Shown: positions 26,913 to 37,756 of the stretch, piece after piece
Numbering within the stretch: the first letter of the stretch is position 1
Layout of the letters: each line of letters begins with the position of its first letter
Source of the DNA: Candidatus Tepidifontimicrobium thermophilum
Lineage (GTDB): Bacteria; Sysuimicrobiota; Sysuimicrobiia; Sysuimicrobiales; Sysuimicrobiaceae
Length of the DNA: 64,000 bases
Reading direction: 5' to 3'
NCBI GenBank assembly: GCA_031459915.1
Contig: JAVKHO010000005.1
Span: 99,259-163,258 of the forward strand
Translations under genes and position numbers: made by a program
The notes under the pieces: model-generated
The model's input: only the letters and a program-made list of their open reading frames with translations
What the model was told of the DNA's origin: nothing
The model's database searches: none

Positions 26913-29900
26913 AGGGCTACGGGTGGCCCCGCACCCGGCCCTGGTCCTTCTGCCCTCTCCATCCGCACCGCGACGGCCTCGTCCGCGAGCTGGGCCTGCT
27001 TCCGGCCACCGCGCAGGTGCTGGCCGTGCGGGGCCTCGGGGATCCTGAGACTGCAGACCGGTTCCTCCGGGCACCCCTGGAGACCCTCACCCCCCCAAGC
27101 CGGCTTCCCGGAATCCCCGACGCCGCCGCGCTCGTCTGGCGCGCCGCCCGGGAAGGCCGGCGCGTCACCGTTTACGGCGACTTCGACGCGGACGGGGTGT
27201 GTTCGGTAGCCCTCCTGGTACGCGGGCTTCGGGCTCTGGGGCTGGACGTGGACTACTACGTACCGCACCGCCTGCGGGAAGGGTATGGGCTGAACGCGGA
27301 AGCGGTGCGCGCGCTGGGGGAGTCGGGGACGCAACTGCTGGTCACCGTGGACTGCGGGATCGGAGCCCTGGCGGAGGTGGCTCTGGCCAAGCACCTGGGG
27401 ATGCAAGTGGTGGTGCTGGACCACCACGAGCCGCCGCCTGTACTGCCGGACGCCGACGTGGTGGTGGATCCGAAGATCCCCCAAAAGCCCTACCCGTTTC
27501 GCGGCTACTGCGCTGCGGGGTTGTCCTGGCAGCTTGTGGCCGCGCTTCGGGAACTTGCGGGCGCGCCGGCCACCGAGGACCTGCTGGAGCTGGCCGCGGT
27601 GGGTACCGTGGCGGACGTGGTGCCCCTGGTTGAGGACAACCGGGTGGTGGTGCGCTGGGGTCTTGGGCGCCTGCCCCACACGCCTCTGGCGGGCCTGCGG
27701 GCGTTGCTGCAGAACGCAGGCCTTGCGGGCCCGGCGAGCGCGGACGACGTGGCGTGGCGGCTGGCCCCCCGGCTGAACGCCGCGGGCCGCGTGGACACCG
27801 CGCAGGCGGCCTTGCGGCTTTTGCTGACGGACGACCCGCAGGAGGCCTCCGAGCTGGCCTCCGAGCTGGAGCGGCACAACGCCCACCGGCAGCGCCTGCA
27901 GGACGCGGCTTTGGGTCAAGCGCTGGCGGCGGTGGAGGAAGACGGGCTACTGGACCGGCCCGGCATCGTGGTGTGGGGCGAGGACTGGCACCCGGGCGTG
28001 GTGGGTCTCGTGGCGGGCCGGTTGAGGGAGGCCTTCTGCAGGCCTGCAGTGGCTCTGGCGGTAGAGGGCGAGGTGGCACGGGGATCGGCCCGCGGCGTAC
28101 CCGGGCTGGACCTGGTGGACGTGCTGGGGGAGTGTGGGGAGCTGCTGGACCGGTTCGGCGGACACGCCTCCGCCGCGGGGATGTCACTTCCCGCACGGCA
28201 CCTACTGGAGTTCCGCAGGCGTTTCGAGGAGGCGGTGGCGTCTCGCATCCCGGCCGAGCTGCTGGTGCCCGAGGTCGTGGTGGAGGCGCAGGTGGGCCTG
28301 GAGGAGGTGACCGACCGGCTCCTGGAGGAGCTCGCCCTCTTGGAGCCTTTTGGAGCCGGCAACCCGAGGCCGGTGCTGGCCGCGAGGGGTCTACAGCCCC
28401 TGGAGGTAGGTCTTTGGGGCGCGGGCGAGCACCTGTGGGTCCGGCTGTGGGACGGCGCGAGGATCCAGGAGGCGGTCGGCTTCGGGCTGGGGGAGTGGGG
28501 CGAGCTGCTGGCCTTTGTCCAACCGGACCTGGACATCGCAGGGTGCCCCGAGCGCCACCCGTGGGAGGAGGGAGCATTCCGCTGGGTCCTGGAAGACCTG
28601 CGGGCACCCGGGCTGGAGCTCGGCCGGGTGCTGGCGGACACGCCGTCCTTGCTGAGGCGCCTGCTGGATCGGGGGGACGACTACCTTGCCGGCGCTTACC
28701 GCGGCGTGGAAGCCCGACCCGCGTTCTTCACCAAGGTGGTGGGCGTCAGTTTTGAAGGCCGGCAGGACGTGGTGGCGCAGCTCACGCCCGGGGAGGAAGT
28801 CCTGCTGAGGCGCGAACCGGCAAACCCCTTCGACCCCCACGCGGTCCAGGTGGTCCGCTCGGACGGCTCCGTGGTGGGCTACCTGAACTCGGCCCTGGCC
28901 GGCCGGCTGGCACCACGCCTGGACCGGGGAGCCCGGTACCGAGCGACGGTGACGGCGGTCACCGGCGGCGGCGACCGAAACCTGGGCGTGAACCTCCGGG
29001 TGGAGCAGGACGCCCCACAGCCGCGGGGCGGGTGGGTCCGGTCCGCGCTGCGCTCCTCAGGCCCAGACCTTGACCAGGTCCAGAAGCTCCTTTGGGGAGG
29101 AGACCGGCTTCCGGAGGCCCTGAGGCCCGCACTGGACCAGGTATTGGCCGGCGGGCGGGCTGCTGTGGCCTGTGCCCCTCGGAGGGAGTCGTCCCGCCTG
29201 GTGTTGCTGGCACTGGCGGCGCACGGCCTCCGCGACCGTCCCGCATTTCACGTGTCGCCCCTCGCGGAACTGGCGGACGGCCGGTGGCAGGCGTGGAGGG
29301 GTACGCTGGAGCGCCTGGGGCTGCGAGTGGGACGGCTGCACGGGCTGGTGGGACGCAGGGAGCTGGACGAAGCCGAGCAGGCCCTGGAAGCCGGCGGCCT
29401 GGACGTGGTGTTCACCACTTCCACGTACGTGTCCCGCCGGCCTGAACTGCTGGCCGCCGGCCTGCTGGTGGTGGCAGAGGGCTGGGTGGAGGCGGAGCTG
29501 CCGTCGGAGCTGGGAGCGTGTCCGGGTCCCGTGCTGTGGGTGGTCTGGGACCCCGGGGCGAACCCGCGGGGCTGGGAGGTCTTCGGCCTTCCCGATGCCC
29601 GGACGGCGGTCCGGGTGGTAGACGCCAGACGCCGGGGACAGCCGCAAGAAGCGTGGGTGGGGCAGGTCCCCACGGTCCTGTTCAGCCCCGGGCCTGCTTC
29701 TGCCCTGGAGGTGGCGCGCTCGTTGTCCGCCCTCGGTCAGGTGGCGTACGACCACCCGGGCCTTCCGGGCCCCGTGCGGGAGACCCTGGCGCAGCTTTTC
29801 AGCCAGGGGAAGTTGGCGGCTCTGGTCTGCGGTGGTCCCGCTCCGGAAGGGTTGCGCGGGGCCAGGCGGCTGGTGTGGTTGGGTCCTACCGCTAAGGAGG

Positions 29901-30397
29901 TCTTTCTCCAGCAGGCTGCTGGCGGCGTGGAGTCGGGAGGCCAGGTCACCCTGGTGCTGGCTTTCGGGCAGGAGGACTTGCGCCGCGCCCGCGCCGAGTG
30001 GGAGAGCCGGTACCCCAGTCGCCAGGCCCTGGCCGCGGTCTACCGGCTGCTCCGGGACCTGGGCGGTGAGGTGCGGTGGCCGGACGACCACCTGGCCCGC
30101 CGGGTCCACGAAGCCACCGGGCTGGACCCCCGGCTGGCAGTGCCCGCTGCCTTCCACGTACTGGAGGCCGCGGACCTGCTGCGGAGGGAGCGGGTGGCGG
30201 GAGGCTGGCGGGTGCAGCTGTGCGCGGCGGAGGGCCGGAAGGAGCTGGGCTCCGTCCTGCGTTTTGCCGAGGGGGAGCGCAGCCGGGCGGCCTTCGACGC
30301 CGGGAGCCGCTGGCTGGCGAGCTGCGCCGCGCTGGAGGTGCTAGAGCAGGTGGCCGCGGGCTCGGTTGCCGCGCGCACAGGCTCGGGTGCAGGATAA
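26909..30397 (+). CDS. recJ: ssDNA exonuclease RecJ fused to a HIRAN domain and a degenerate SF2 helicase-like region
   Basis: GDFDADG, VDCG, DHH, GTVADVVPL, PRLNAAGR, FGGH; HIRAN KVVGVSFEGRQ..REPANPFDPHAV..VGYL; 1162 aa. Confidence 0.9.
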   Translation: MKGYGWPRTRPWSFCPLHPHRDGLVRELGLLPATAQVLAVRGLGDPETADRFLRAPLETLTPPSRLPGIPDAAALVWRAAREGRRVTVYGDFDADGVCSVALLVRGLRALGLDVDYYVPHRLREGYGLNAEAVRALGESGTQLLVTVDCGIGALAEVALAKHLGMQVVVLDHHEPPPVLPDADVVVDPKIPQKPYPFRGYCAAGLSWQLVAALRELAGAPATEDLLELAAVGTVADVVPLVEDNRVVVRWGLGRLPHTPLAGLRALLQNAGLAGPASADDVAWRLAPRLNAAGRVDTAQAALRLLLTDDPQEASELASELERHNAHRQRLQDAALGQALAAVEEDGLLDRPGIVVWGEDWHPGVVGLVAGRLREAFCRPAVALAVEGEVARGSARGVPGLDLVDVLGECGELLDRFGGHASAAGMSLPARHLLEFRRRFEEAVASRIPAELLVPEVVVEAQVGLEEVTDRLLEELALLEPFGAGNPRPVLAARGLQPLEVGLWGAGEHLWVRLWDGARIQEAVGFGLGEWGELLAFVQPDLDIAGCPERHPWEEGAFRWVLEDLRAPGLELGRVLADTPSLLRRLLDRGDDYLAGAYRGVEARPAFFTKVVGVSFEGRQDVVAQLTPGEEVLLRREPANPFDPHAVQVVRSDGSVVGYLNSALAGRLAPRLDRGARYRATVTAVTGGGDRNLGVNLRVEQDAPQPRGGWVRSALRSSGPDLDQVQKLLWGGDRLPEALRPALDQVLAGGRAAVACAPRRESSRLVLLALAAHGLRDRPAFHVSPLAELADGRWQAWRGTLERLGLRVGRLHGLVGRRELDEAEQALEAGGLDVVFTTSTYVSRRPELLAAGLLVVAEGWVEAELPSELGACPGPVLWVVWDPGANPRGWEVFGLPDARTAVRVVDARRRGQPQEAWVGQVPTVLFSPGPASALEVARSLSALGQVAYDHPGLPGPVRETLAQLFSQGKLAALVCGGPAPEGLRGARRLVWLGPTAKEVFLQQAAGGVESGGQVTLVLAFGQEDLRRARAEWESRYPSRQALAAVYRLLRDLGGEVRWPDDHLARRVHEATGLDPRLAVPAAFHVLEAADLLRRERVAGGWRVQLCAAEGRKELGSVLRFAEGERSRAAFDAGSRWLASCAALEVLEQVAAGSVAARTGSGAG

Positions 30398-30400
30398 GGT

Positions 30401-32611
30401 ATGACCACCCGGCTGGACGCGGGTGTGCCGCAGGAAGTGGGACTGCCCGGGGAGATGCAGCGGCTAGTGGAGCGGGTCCGGGAGGTCCAGCCGCAGGCGG
30501 ACCTGGACCTGCTCAGGCGGGCGTACGCCTTCGCAGTCCGGGCCCACGAGGGGCAGTTCCGCAGGTCCGGGGAGCCCTACGTGATGCACTCCGTGGCGGT
30601 GGCCCACATCCTGGCGGACCTCCGCATGGACACCACCACCGTGGCCGCGGCCCTGCTGCACGACGTCCCGGAGGACACCCCGCAGAGCCTGGAGGAGGTG
30701 CGGCGGGAGTTCGGCGACGAGATCGCCACCTTGGTGGACGGCGTCACCAAGCTGGGCAAGATCCAGTGGCGGAGCCAGGAGGAGAAGCAGGCGGAGAACC
30801 TCCGGAAGATGTTCCTGGCCATGGCCAGCGACGTCCGGATCATCCTGATCAAGCTGGCCGACCGGCTCCACAACCTGCGGACCATCGACGTCATGCCCCC
30901 CGAGCACCAGCGCCGCAAGGCCCGGGAGACCCTGGAGATCTACGCCCCCCTGGCCAAGCGCCTGGGGATCGGGCAGCTGCAGAACGAGCTGGAGGACCGG
31001 GCCTTCGCCATCCTGGAGCCCGAGGCGTACCGGGAGATCATGGAGTCCCTGCGGGAAGCGCAGGCCCAGCAGGAGGAAGTCCTCCGGACCATCCAGGAGG
31101 AGCTGTACCGGGAGCTGAACCGGGCCGGCATCCGGGTGGAGCGGCAGCACATTACCGCCCGGCCCAAGCACGCCTACAGCATCTACCGGAAGATGCAGCG
31201 GCCCGCTTACCAGGGCCAGGGCATCGCCCGGATCTACGACCGGCTCGGGGTCCGGGTCATCGTGGACGACGTGAAGGACTGCTACGCGGCCCTGGGGGTG
31301 GTGCACTCCCTCTGGCGGCCCATCCCCGGGGAGTTCGACGACTACATCGCCAACCCCAAGCCCAGCGGGTACCAGTCCCTGCACACCACCGTCATCTACC
31401 GGGGGGTTCCCCTGGAGATCCAGATCCGCACGCACCGCATGCACCAGGAGGCGGAGTACGGGATCGCGGCGCACTGGCGGTACAAGGAAGGCAAGGCGGG
31501 GGCGCGGGACCGGGCCTTCGAGGAGAAGCTGTCCTGGCTGCGGCAGCTCCTGGAGTGGCACCAGGAGATGCAGGACGCCCAGGAGTTCATGCGGTCGGTG
31601 AAGCTGGACCTGTTCCGCAACGAGGTGTTCGTGTTCACGCCGAAGGGCGACGTGGTGGACCTGCCCAGCGGCGCCACCCCCGTGGACTTCGCCTACCGCA
31701 TCCACACGGACGTGGGCCACCGGTGCGTGGGGGCCAGGGTGAACGGGCGCCTGGTGCCGCTCAGCTACCGGCTCCACAGCGGGGACATCGTGGAGATCCT
31801 GACCTCGAAGACCTCCACGGGGCCGAGCCGCGACTGGCTGGAGTTCGTGGTCACCAGCAACGCCCGCACGAAGATCCGCCAGTGGTTCCGCAAGCAGCAA
31901 CGCGAGGAGAACGTGGCCCGCGGGAAGGAGATGCTGGAGCGGGAGCTGCGGCGCCTGGGGCTGCTGTCCACCCTGCTGCGGGCGGACCGGGTCAAGGAGG
32001 CGTGCGAGAAGCTGCAGGTGGCCACGGAGGAGGACCTGTACGCGGCCCTCGGCAACGGGGACCTGACGCTCCTGCAGGTGGTCCACGCCCTGGGCGGACC
32101 CCCCGCGCCCGCCTCCGAGCCGGCAGCGCCGCAGGCGCAGCCCGCCACCTCGCCCGCCCGGGGGCTGCGGGTGCGGGGCGTGGACAACGTGCTCATGACG
32201 TTGGCCCGCTGCTGCATGCCGCTGCCCGGGGACGACGTGGTCGGGTACATCACCCGCGGCCGCGGGGTGACCATCCACCGCCGCGACTGCCGGAACCTGG
32301 ACTACCTGCGGCAGCACGGGGAGCGACTGCTGGAGGTCGAGTGGGAGCCGTCGCCCGACGGCAGCTACCCGGTGGAGATCCAGGTGGAAGCCCTGGACCG
32401 GGTGGGGTTGCTGAAGGACGTGCTCAGCGCGGTGGCGGACACCCGCACCAACGTCCTGTCGGTGAACGCCCACGTGCGCCGGGACAAGGTCGGCGTGATC
32501 CACCTCACCGTGGACATCCGGAACGTGGGCCAGCTCACCGCGGTGCTGCAGCGGATCGGCAAGCTGCCCGACGTGTACCGCGTGGAACGGCTGACCGCAG
32601 GGGGCCGGTAG
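30401..32611 (+). CDS. relA: Bifunctional (p)ppGpp synthetase/hydrolase Rel
   Basis: HD LLHDVPED, IKLADRLHN, RPKH, YQSLHT, EIQIRT, TGS and ACT domains. Confidence 0.97.
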   Translation: MTTRLDAGVPQEVGLPGEMQRLVERVREVQPQADLDLLRRAYAFAVRAHEGQFRRSGEPYVMHSVAVAHILADLRMDTTTVAAALLHDVPEDTPQSLEEVRREFGDEIATLVDGVTKLGKIQWRSQEEKQAENLRKMFLAMASDVRIILIKLADRLHNLRTIDVMPPEHQRRKARETLEIYAPLAKRLGIGQLQNELEDRAFAILEPEAYREIMESLREAQAQQEEVLRTIQEELYRELNRAGIRVERQHITARPKHAYSIYRKMQRPAYQGQGIARIYDRLGVRVIVDDVKDCYAALGVVHSLWRPIPGEFDDYIANPKPSGYQSLHTTVIYRGVPLEIQIRTHRMHQEAEYGIAAHWRYKEGKAGARDRAFEEKLSWLRQLLEWHQEMQDAQEFMRSVKLDLFRNEVFVFTPKGDVVDLPSGATPVDFAYRIHTDVGHRCVGARVNGRLVPLSYRLHSGDIVEILTSKTSTGPSRDWLEFVVTSNARTKIRQWFRKQQREENVARGKEMLERELRRLGLLSTLLRADRVKEACEKLQVATEEDLYAALGNGDLTLLQVVHALGGPPAPASEPAAPQAQPATSPARGLRVRGVDNVLMTLARCCMPLPGDDVVGYITRGRGVTIHRRDCRNLDYLRQHGERLLEVEWEPSPDGSYPVEIQVEALDRVGLLKDVLSAVADTRTNVLSVNAHVRRDKVGVIHLTVDIRNVGQLTAVLQRIGKLPDVYRVERLTAGGR

Positions 32612-32654
32612 ACCGCGGCTCGGACTGCGCGCCGGCAAACCGTAGGAGGGAGAG

Positions 32655-33422
32655 ATGGGACTGCTCCAGGATCGCTGTGCCCTCGTCATGGGAGTGGCCA
32701 ACCGGTGGAGCATCGCGTGGGGCATCGCCCGCGCCTTCGACCGGGAAGGGGCCCGCTGCGTGCTCACCTACCTGGGAGAGCGGGAGGAGGAAAACGTCCG
32801 GAAGCTGGCCGGGGAGCTGCGCGACCCGGTGCTGCTGCGGTGCGACGTCACCCGGGACGAGGACCTGGAGGCGCTGCGAGACCAGCTGGCCCAGCAGGTG
32901 GGACGCGTGGACGTCCTGGTGCACAGCATCGCCTACGCCCGCACCGAGGACCTGCGGGGTCGGTTCCTGGACACCAGCCGGGAGGGCTACCTGGTGGCGC
33001 AGAACGTGAGCGCGTACTCCCTGGTGGCGTGCGCGCGGGCGGTGACGCCCCTCATGACCGAGGGAGGCTCCATCCTCACCCTCACGTACCTGGCCAGCGA
33101 GCGGGTGTTCCCCAACTACAACGTGATGGCGGTGTGCAAGGCGGCTCTGGAGGCCTGCGTTCGGTACCTGGCCTACGAGCTGGGGGAGCGGGGGATCCGG
33201 GTGAACGCCATCTCCGCGGGACCCATCCGCACCGCCTCCGCACGGGCGGTGGCGGGGATTTCGGACTTCATCGAGACGTACAAGCAGCGGGCTCCCCTGC
33301 GCCGCACCGTGGACCAGGAGGAGGTGGGCGACGCGGCGGTGTTCCTGGCGAGCCCCCTCAGCCGCGGGGTCACGGGTCAGGTGCTGTTCGTGGACGCCGG
33401 CTACCACATCATGGGCGTGTAG
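32655..33422 (+). CDS. fabI: Enoyl-ACP reductase
   Basis: [40 protein letters not shown]. Confidence 0.95.
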   Translation: MGLLQDRCALVMGVANRWSIAWGIARAFDREGARCVLTYLGEREEENVRKLAGELRDPVLLRCDVTRDEDLEALRDQLAQQVGRVDVLVHSIAYARTEDLRGRFLDTSREGYLVAQNVSAYSLVACARAVTPLMTEGGSILTLTYLASERVFPNYNVMAVCKAALEACVRYLAYELGERGIRVNAISAGPIRTASARAVAGISDFIETYKQRAPLRRTVDQEEVGDAAVFLASPLSRGVTGQVLFVDAGYHIMGV

Positions 33423-33521
33423 AAGGGCCCGCGGGCGGCCGCGGCCTCGGTGTTGCACGAGACCGACAGAAAGCCGCACAATGGTGCGCTGGAAACCCTT
33501 TCCGCCTGGTGGAGGTACACG

Positions 33522-34700
33522 GTGACCGCGAACCGCACGGCGCAGCGCGTCTCGGTGTTCCAGGAGTCCGTGATCCGGGAGATGACCCGTCTGGCGCAGC
33601 AGCACGGCGGCATCAACCTGGCCCAGGGCTTCCCCGACTTCGACCCGCCGCAGGAGCTGGTGGCCGCGGCGCAGCGGGCGCTGGCGGACGGCTACAACCA
33701 GTACGCCATCACGTGGGGCGCCCCGGACCTCCGGCAGGCCCTGGCGGAGAAGCTGGAGCGGTACAACGGGGTGCGCTACGACCCCGACCGCCACCTCACC
33801 GTCACCTGCGGGGCCACGGAGGCCATGATGGCCACCATGCTGGCCCTGGTGAACCCTGGGGACGAGGTGGTGGTGTTCGAGCCCTTCTACGAGAACTACG
33901 GGCCCGACGCGGCCCTGTCCGGCGCCCGCCTGCGGTACGTCACCCTGGACCTTTCCCGGCCGGACTTCCCGTACGACCCAGGGGAACTGGAGCGCACCTT
34001 CAACCGCAACACCAAGGCCATCGTGGTGAACACCCCCCACAACCCCACGGGCAAGGTGTTCAGCCGTGCGGAGCTGGAGCACATCGCGGACCTGTGCCGC
34101 CACTACGACGTTCTCGCGGTGACCGACGAGGTGTACGAGCACATCCTGTACGACGGCGCCCAGCACGTGAGCCTGGCCTCCCTGCCGGGGATGGCGGACC
34201 GCACGGTCACCATCAGTTCCATGAGCAAGACCTACAGCGTCACCGGCTGGCGGGTGGGCTGGGCCGCGGTGGCGGACGACGCGGTGGCGGGCGCCATCCG
34301 CAAGGCCCACGACTTCCTCACGGTGGGCGCCGCGGCGCCCCTGCAGCAGGCCGGGGTGGTGGCCCTGCGGTTCCCGGACCGCTACTACCGCGAGATGGCC
34401 CACCGCTACCAGCGGAAGCGGGACCTCCTGTTGGGCACCCTGCGGGAGGTGGGCTTCCGTCCCACGATCCCCAAGGGCGCCTACTACATCATGGCGGACT
34501 TCACCGCCCTGTCGGGGGAGGACGACGTGAGCTTCGCCCTGCGGCTCGTGCGGGAGGTGGGGGTCGCCACCGTCCCGGGCTCCTCCTTCTTCCACGACCC
34601 GTCCCTGGGCCGCCGCTACGTCCGGTTCGCGTACCCCAAGCGGGAGGAGACCCTGGAGGAAGCCGCGCGCCGGCTCGCGCGCCTGGTGGAGAAGGTGTGA
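33522..34700 (+). CDS. Class I/II PLP-dependent aminotransferase (YbdL/kynurenine-aminotransferase-like)
   Basis: [45 protein letters not shown] before GTG. Confidence 0.9.
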   Translation: MTANRTAQRVSVFQESVIREMTRLAQQHGGINLAQGFPDFDPPQELVAAAQRALADGYNQYAITWGAPDLRQALAEKLERYNGVRYDPDRHLTVTCGATEAMMATMLALVNPGDEVVVFEPFYENYGPDAALSGARLRYVTLDLSRPDFPYDPGELERTFNRNTKAIVVNTPHNPTGKVFSRAELEHIADLCRHYDVLAVTDEVYEHILYDGAQHVSLASLPGMADRTVTISSMSKTYSVTGWRVGWAAVADDAVAGAIRKAHDFLTVGAAAPLQQAGVVALRFPDRYYREMAHRYQRKRDLLLGTLREVGFRPTIPKGAYYIMADFTALSGEDDVSFALRLVREVGVATVPGSSFFHDPSLGRRYVRFAYPKREETLEEAARRLARLVEKV

Positions 34701-35149
34701 GGGCCCTCGTCCAGAGGGTGCGGTTCGGAGCGGTCCGGGTGGAGGGCCGGACCGTGGCGGAGGTGGGCCCCGGCCTCGTGGTCCTGGTGGGCGTGCGCGG
34801 CGGAGATACCGAGGAAGACGCACGTTTCCTGGCCCGCAAGGTGGCCCACCTGCGGATCTTCCCCGACGAGCAAGGGAAGCTGAACCGCTCCGTGCTGGAG
34901 ACCGGGGGTGAGGTGCTGAGCGTTTCCCAGTTCACCCTGTACGGGGACTGCCGCAAGGGCAACCGGCCCAGCTTCGTGGACGCCGCCGGACCCGAGCGCG
35001 CCCTCCCCCTGTACGAGGCGTTCAACCATGCCCTCGCCTCCCACGGGGTCCCGGTGCGCACAGGAGTGTTCGGCGCGGTGATGGTGGTGGAGATCCACAA
35101 CGACGGCCCCGTGACCATCTGGCTGGACACCGCGGAGCTGCGGGCGTGA
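34697..35149 (+). CDS. dtd: D-aminoacyl-tRNA deacylase
   Basis: RALVQRV, VSQFTL, GNRPSF, NDGPVT. Confidence 0.95.
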   Translation: MRALVQRVRFGAVRVEGRTVAEVGPGLVVLVGVRGGDTEEDARFLARKVAHLRIFPDEQGKLNRSVLETGGEVLSVSQFTLYGDCRKGNRPSFVDAAGPERALPLYEAFNHALASHGVPVRTGVFGAVMVVEIHNDGPVTIWLDTAELRA

Positions 35150-35325
35150 GGGAGGCGGACCTGCGGGCGTGGATGCAGGCGGCCCTGGAAGCCCGCGGGG
35201 TGTCGGTGGACCCGGAGTCCCTGCCCGTCCAACAGCTGCAGGCGGTGCTGCGGAGGCTGGAGGCCCTGGACGGCGTGGACCTGTCCGGTGAGGAACCCGG
35301 GCCGTTGCGGTGGGACGGGCTGTGA
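35146..35325 (+). CDS. 59-aa GatC/AtzG-like small protein (not in ORF track)
   Basis: [59 protein letters not shown]; 4-bp overlaps with both dtd and the amidase. Confidence 0.6.
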   Translation: MREADLRAWMQAALEARGVSVDPESLPVQQLQAVLRRLEALDGVDLSGEEPGPLRWDGL

Positions 35326-36674
35326 GCGTGGCGGACCTGACCCTGAGCCAGGTAGCGGACGCGATCCGCAAGGGGGAGCTCTCGCCCGTGGAGGTGGTGG
35401 AAGCTGTCCTGGAGCGCGCCCTACGGGTGCAACCACGGCTGAAGCCTTTCCTGTGGCTGGACCCGGACCGTGCCCTGGACCAGGCCCGGCGCCGGGCCCG
35501 CGAGGCTCCGCAGGGTCCGCTGCACGGCGTGCCCGTGACCTTGAAGGACCTCATCGCGGAACGGGGGGCACCGTTTACCTGTGGGTCGAAGCTGCGGGAA
35601 GGGGTGGTGGCGGACGAGGACGCGGAGGTCACCCGCCGGCTGCGGGCTTCCGGGGCGGTGACGGTAGGCCGCGCGCACCTGCACGAGTTCGCCTTCGGCG
35701 TGTCCAACGAGAACCCACACTTCGGCCCCGCACGAAACCCGTGGGACCCGGAGCGCTCACCGGGAGGGTCGAGCGGGGGCAGCGCGGTGGCGGTGGCCAC
35801 GGGGTGCACCTACGGCTCGGTGGGTACGGACACCGGGGGCTCGGTGAGGATCCCTGCGGCCCTGTGCGGCGTGGTGGGGATCAAGCCCACGTACGAGCTG
35901 GTCCCCCGACAGGGCGTGTTTCCCCTGGCACCGTCCCTGGACCACGTGGGGCCCCTGGCCCGCACTGTGGAGGACGTGGCGCTGCTGCTGGAAGTGCTGG
36001 CGGCAGCCCCGGGCCGTTACACCGGCGCCTCGGGACAGGGGGTGCGGGGGCTCCGGGTGGGCGTCCCGCGCGGGCGGTACTGGGAGGCGCTGCACCCGGG
36101 AGTAGCGGCTCGCTTCGAGGAAGCCCTGCGCTGCCTGGAAGCCGAGGGAGCGCGCCGGGTAGCCGTGGACTTCCCGTGGGAGGCAACTTCGGCGGCCGCC
36201 ACCGCTCTGTTGCTGGTGGAAGCCGCGTCGGTGCACGTGGAGTCCGTGAGGGCCCGACCCGACGGGTACGGCCCGGACGTACGGGACCGCCTGCTGGTGG
36301 GGCTCTGCCTTCCCGCGGAGCGCTACGTACAGGCCCTCAGGGCGCGCAGGGCACTGGCGGTAGCCAGCCGCAAGCTTTTTTGGGGCTCGGTGGACCTGGT
36401 GGTCACACCGACCGTGCCGATCCCGGCCCCACGCCTGGGGGAGCTGGTCACGGAGGTGGCGGGTGCGGCGCACGACACCCGGGCCTTGCTCACGCGGTTC
36501 ACCAACCCCTTCAACGCCCTGGGCCTGCCTGCCCTCAGCGTCCCGTGCGGGTTCGTGGACTCGCTGCCGGTGGGGCTGCAGCTGGTGGGCCCGCCCTGGG
36601 AGGAAGCCCGGGTCCTGGCCGCGGGGGCGGCCTACGAGCGCGCCCGCGGTCCGCTGCCGCGGCCGGAGGCGTAG
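35322..36674 (+). CDS. Amidase signature family protein (GatA/AtzE-like)
   Basis: LHGVPVTLKD, PGGSSGGS, GTDTGGSVRIPA. Confidence 0.9.
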   Translation: MSVADLTLSQVADAIRKGELSPVEVVEAVLERALRVQPRLKPFLWLDPDRALDQARRRAREAPQGPLHGVPVTLKDLIAERGAPFTCGSKLREGVVADEDAEVTRRLRASGAVTVGRAHLHEFAFGVSNENPHFGPARNPWDPERSPGGSSGGSAVAVATGCTYGSVGTDTGGSVRIPAALCGVVGIKPTYELVPRQGVFPLAPSLDHVGPLARTVEDVALLLEVLAAAPGRYTGASGQGVRGLRVGVPRGRYWEALHPGVAARFEEALRCLEAEGARRVAVDFPWEATSAAATALLLVEAASVHVESVRARPDGYGPDVRDRLLVGLCLPAERYVQALRARRALAVASRKLFWGSVDLVVTPTVPIPAPRLGELVTEVAGAAHDTRALLTRFTNPFNALGLPALSVPCGFVDSLPVGLQLVGPPWEEARVLAAGAAYERARGPLPRPEA

Positions 36675-36676
36675 CG

Positions 36677-37747
36677 GTGCGTGCCTGGCTGCTGGCCTTT
36701 GGACTGTTGGCCGCCTGCAACGGCCCCGTGCGCGTGGGGGCTTTGCCGGCTCTCCGGCTGGAACGGCTGGCCGAGGGCTTCCAGCTCCCCGTGCACGCGG
36801 CGTTTGCCGGGGCCGGGGGTGTGCCCCTGTTCGTGGTGGAACAGGCGGGCCGCGTGCGGATCTGGGACGGCCGAACGGTCCGCACCTTCCTGGACCTGTC
36901 CGCGAGGGTGGAGAGCGGGGGCGAGAAGGGACTCCTGAGCCTGGCTTTCCACCCTCAGTACGCCTCCAACCGGCGGTTCTTCGTGAACTACACGCGGCGC
37001 GAGGGGGGACAGCTGCGGAGCTTCGTGTCGGAGTTCCGCGCCTCCGCGGACTTGGACGCCGCCGACGCAGGAAGCGAGCGGGTGCTGCTGGTGGTGGACC
37101 AGCCCTTCGACAACCACAACGGCGGCCTGGTGCTGTTCGGCCCGGACGGGTCCCTGTACGTGGGCATGGGCGACGGCGGCAGCGCGGACGACCCCCTGGA
37201 CAACGCCCAGAACCCCACCAGCCGCCTGGGCAAGATGCTCCGGGTTCACCCGGACACCGCGGCGGTGGAGGTGTGGGCCTCCGGGTTCCGAAACCCCTGG
37301 CGGTTCTCCTTCGACCGTGCCACCGGCCGGATGTTCCTCGGGGACGTGGGCCAGGACCGGCGCGAGGAGATCGACGTGGTGGAGCAGGGCAGGAACTACG
37401 GCTGGGCGGTCATGGAGGGCAGCCTGTGCAACAAGCCGGAGGTGGGCTGCAACCCCGCCGGCCTGACGCTTCCCATCGCGGAGTACGCCACCCACGTGGA
37501 CGGCACGTGTTCGGTCACCGGGGGGTACGTGTACCGCGGGAACCGGATCCCGTGGCTGGTGGGACGGTACGTGTTCGGGGACTACTGCGGAGGGCAGGTG
37601 TGGGCGCTGGCGGACTCGGGCGGACGGTGGTCTACAGAACTCCTCCTCCGGACCGACCTGCGCGTCGCCTCCTTCGCGGAACAGCCCGACGGCGAGCTCC
37701 TGCTGGTGGACCACGGAGGCGGTGTTTACCGCCTGGTGAACCGGTAG
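36677..37747 (+). CDS. PQQ-dependent sugar dehydrogenase (GSDH family) lipoprotein
   Basis: Lipobox LAAC; GEKGLLSLAFHP, NHNGG..FGPDG.LYVGMGDGG, GFRNPWRFSFD. Confidence 0.88.
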   Translation: MRAWLLAFGLLAACNGPVRVGALPALRLERLAEGFQLPVHAAFAGAGGVPLFVVEQAGRVRIWDGRTVRTFLDLSARVESGGEKGLLSLAFHPQYASNRRFFVNYTRREGGQLRSFVSEFRASADLDAADAGSERVLLVVDQPFDNHNGGLVLFGPDGSLYVGMGDGGSADDPLDNAQNPTSRLGKMLRVHPDTAAVEVWASGFRNPWRFSFDRATGRMFLGDVGQDRREEIDVVEQGRNYGWAVMEGSLCNKPEVGCNPAGLTLPIAEYATHVDGTCSVTGGYVYRGNRIPWLVGRYVFGDYCGGQVWALADSGGRWSTELLLRTDLRVASFAEQPDGELLLVDHGGGVYRLVNR

Positions 37748-37756
37748 GCGTGGGCG

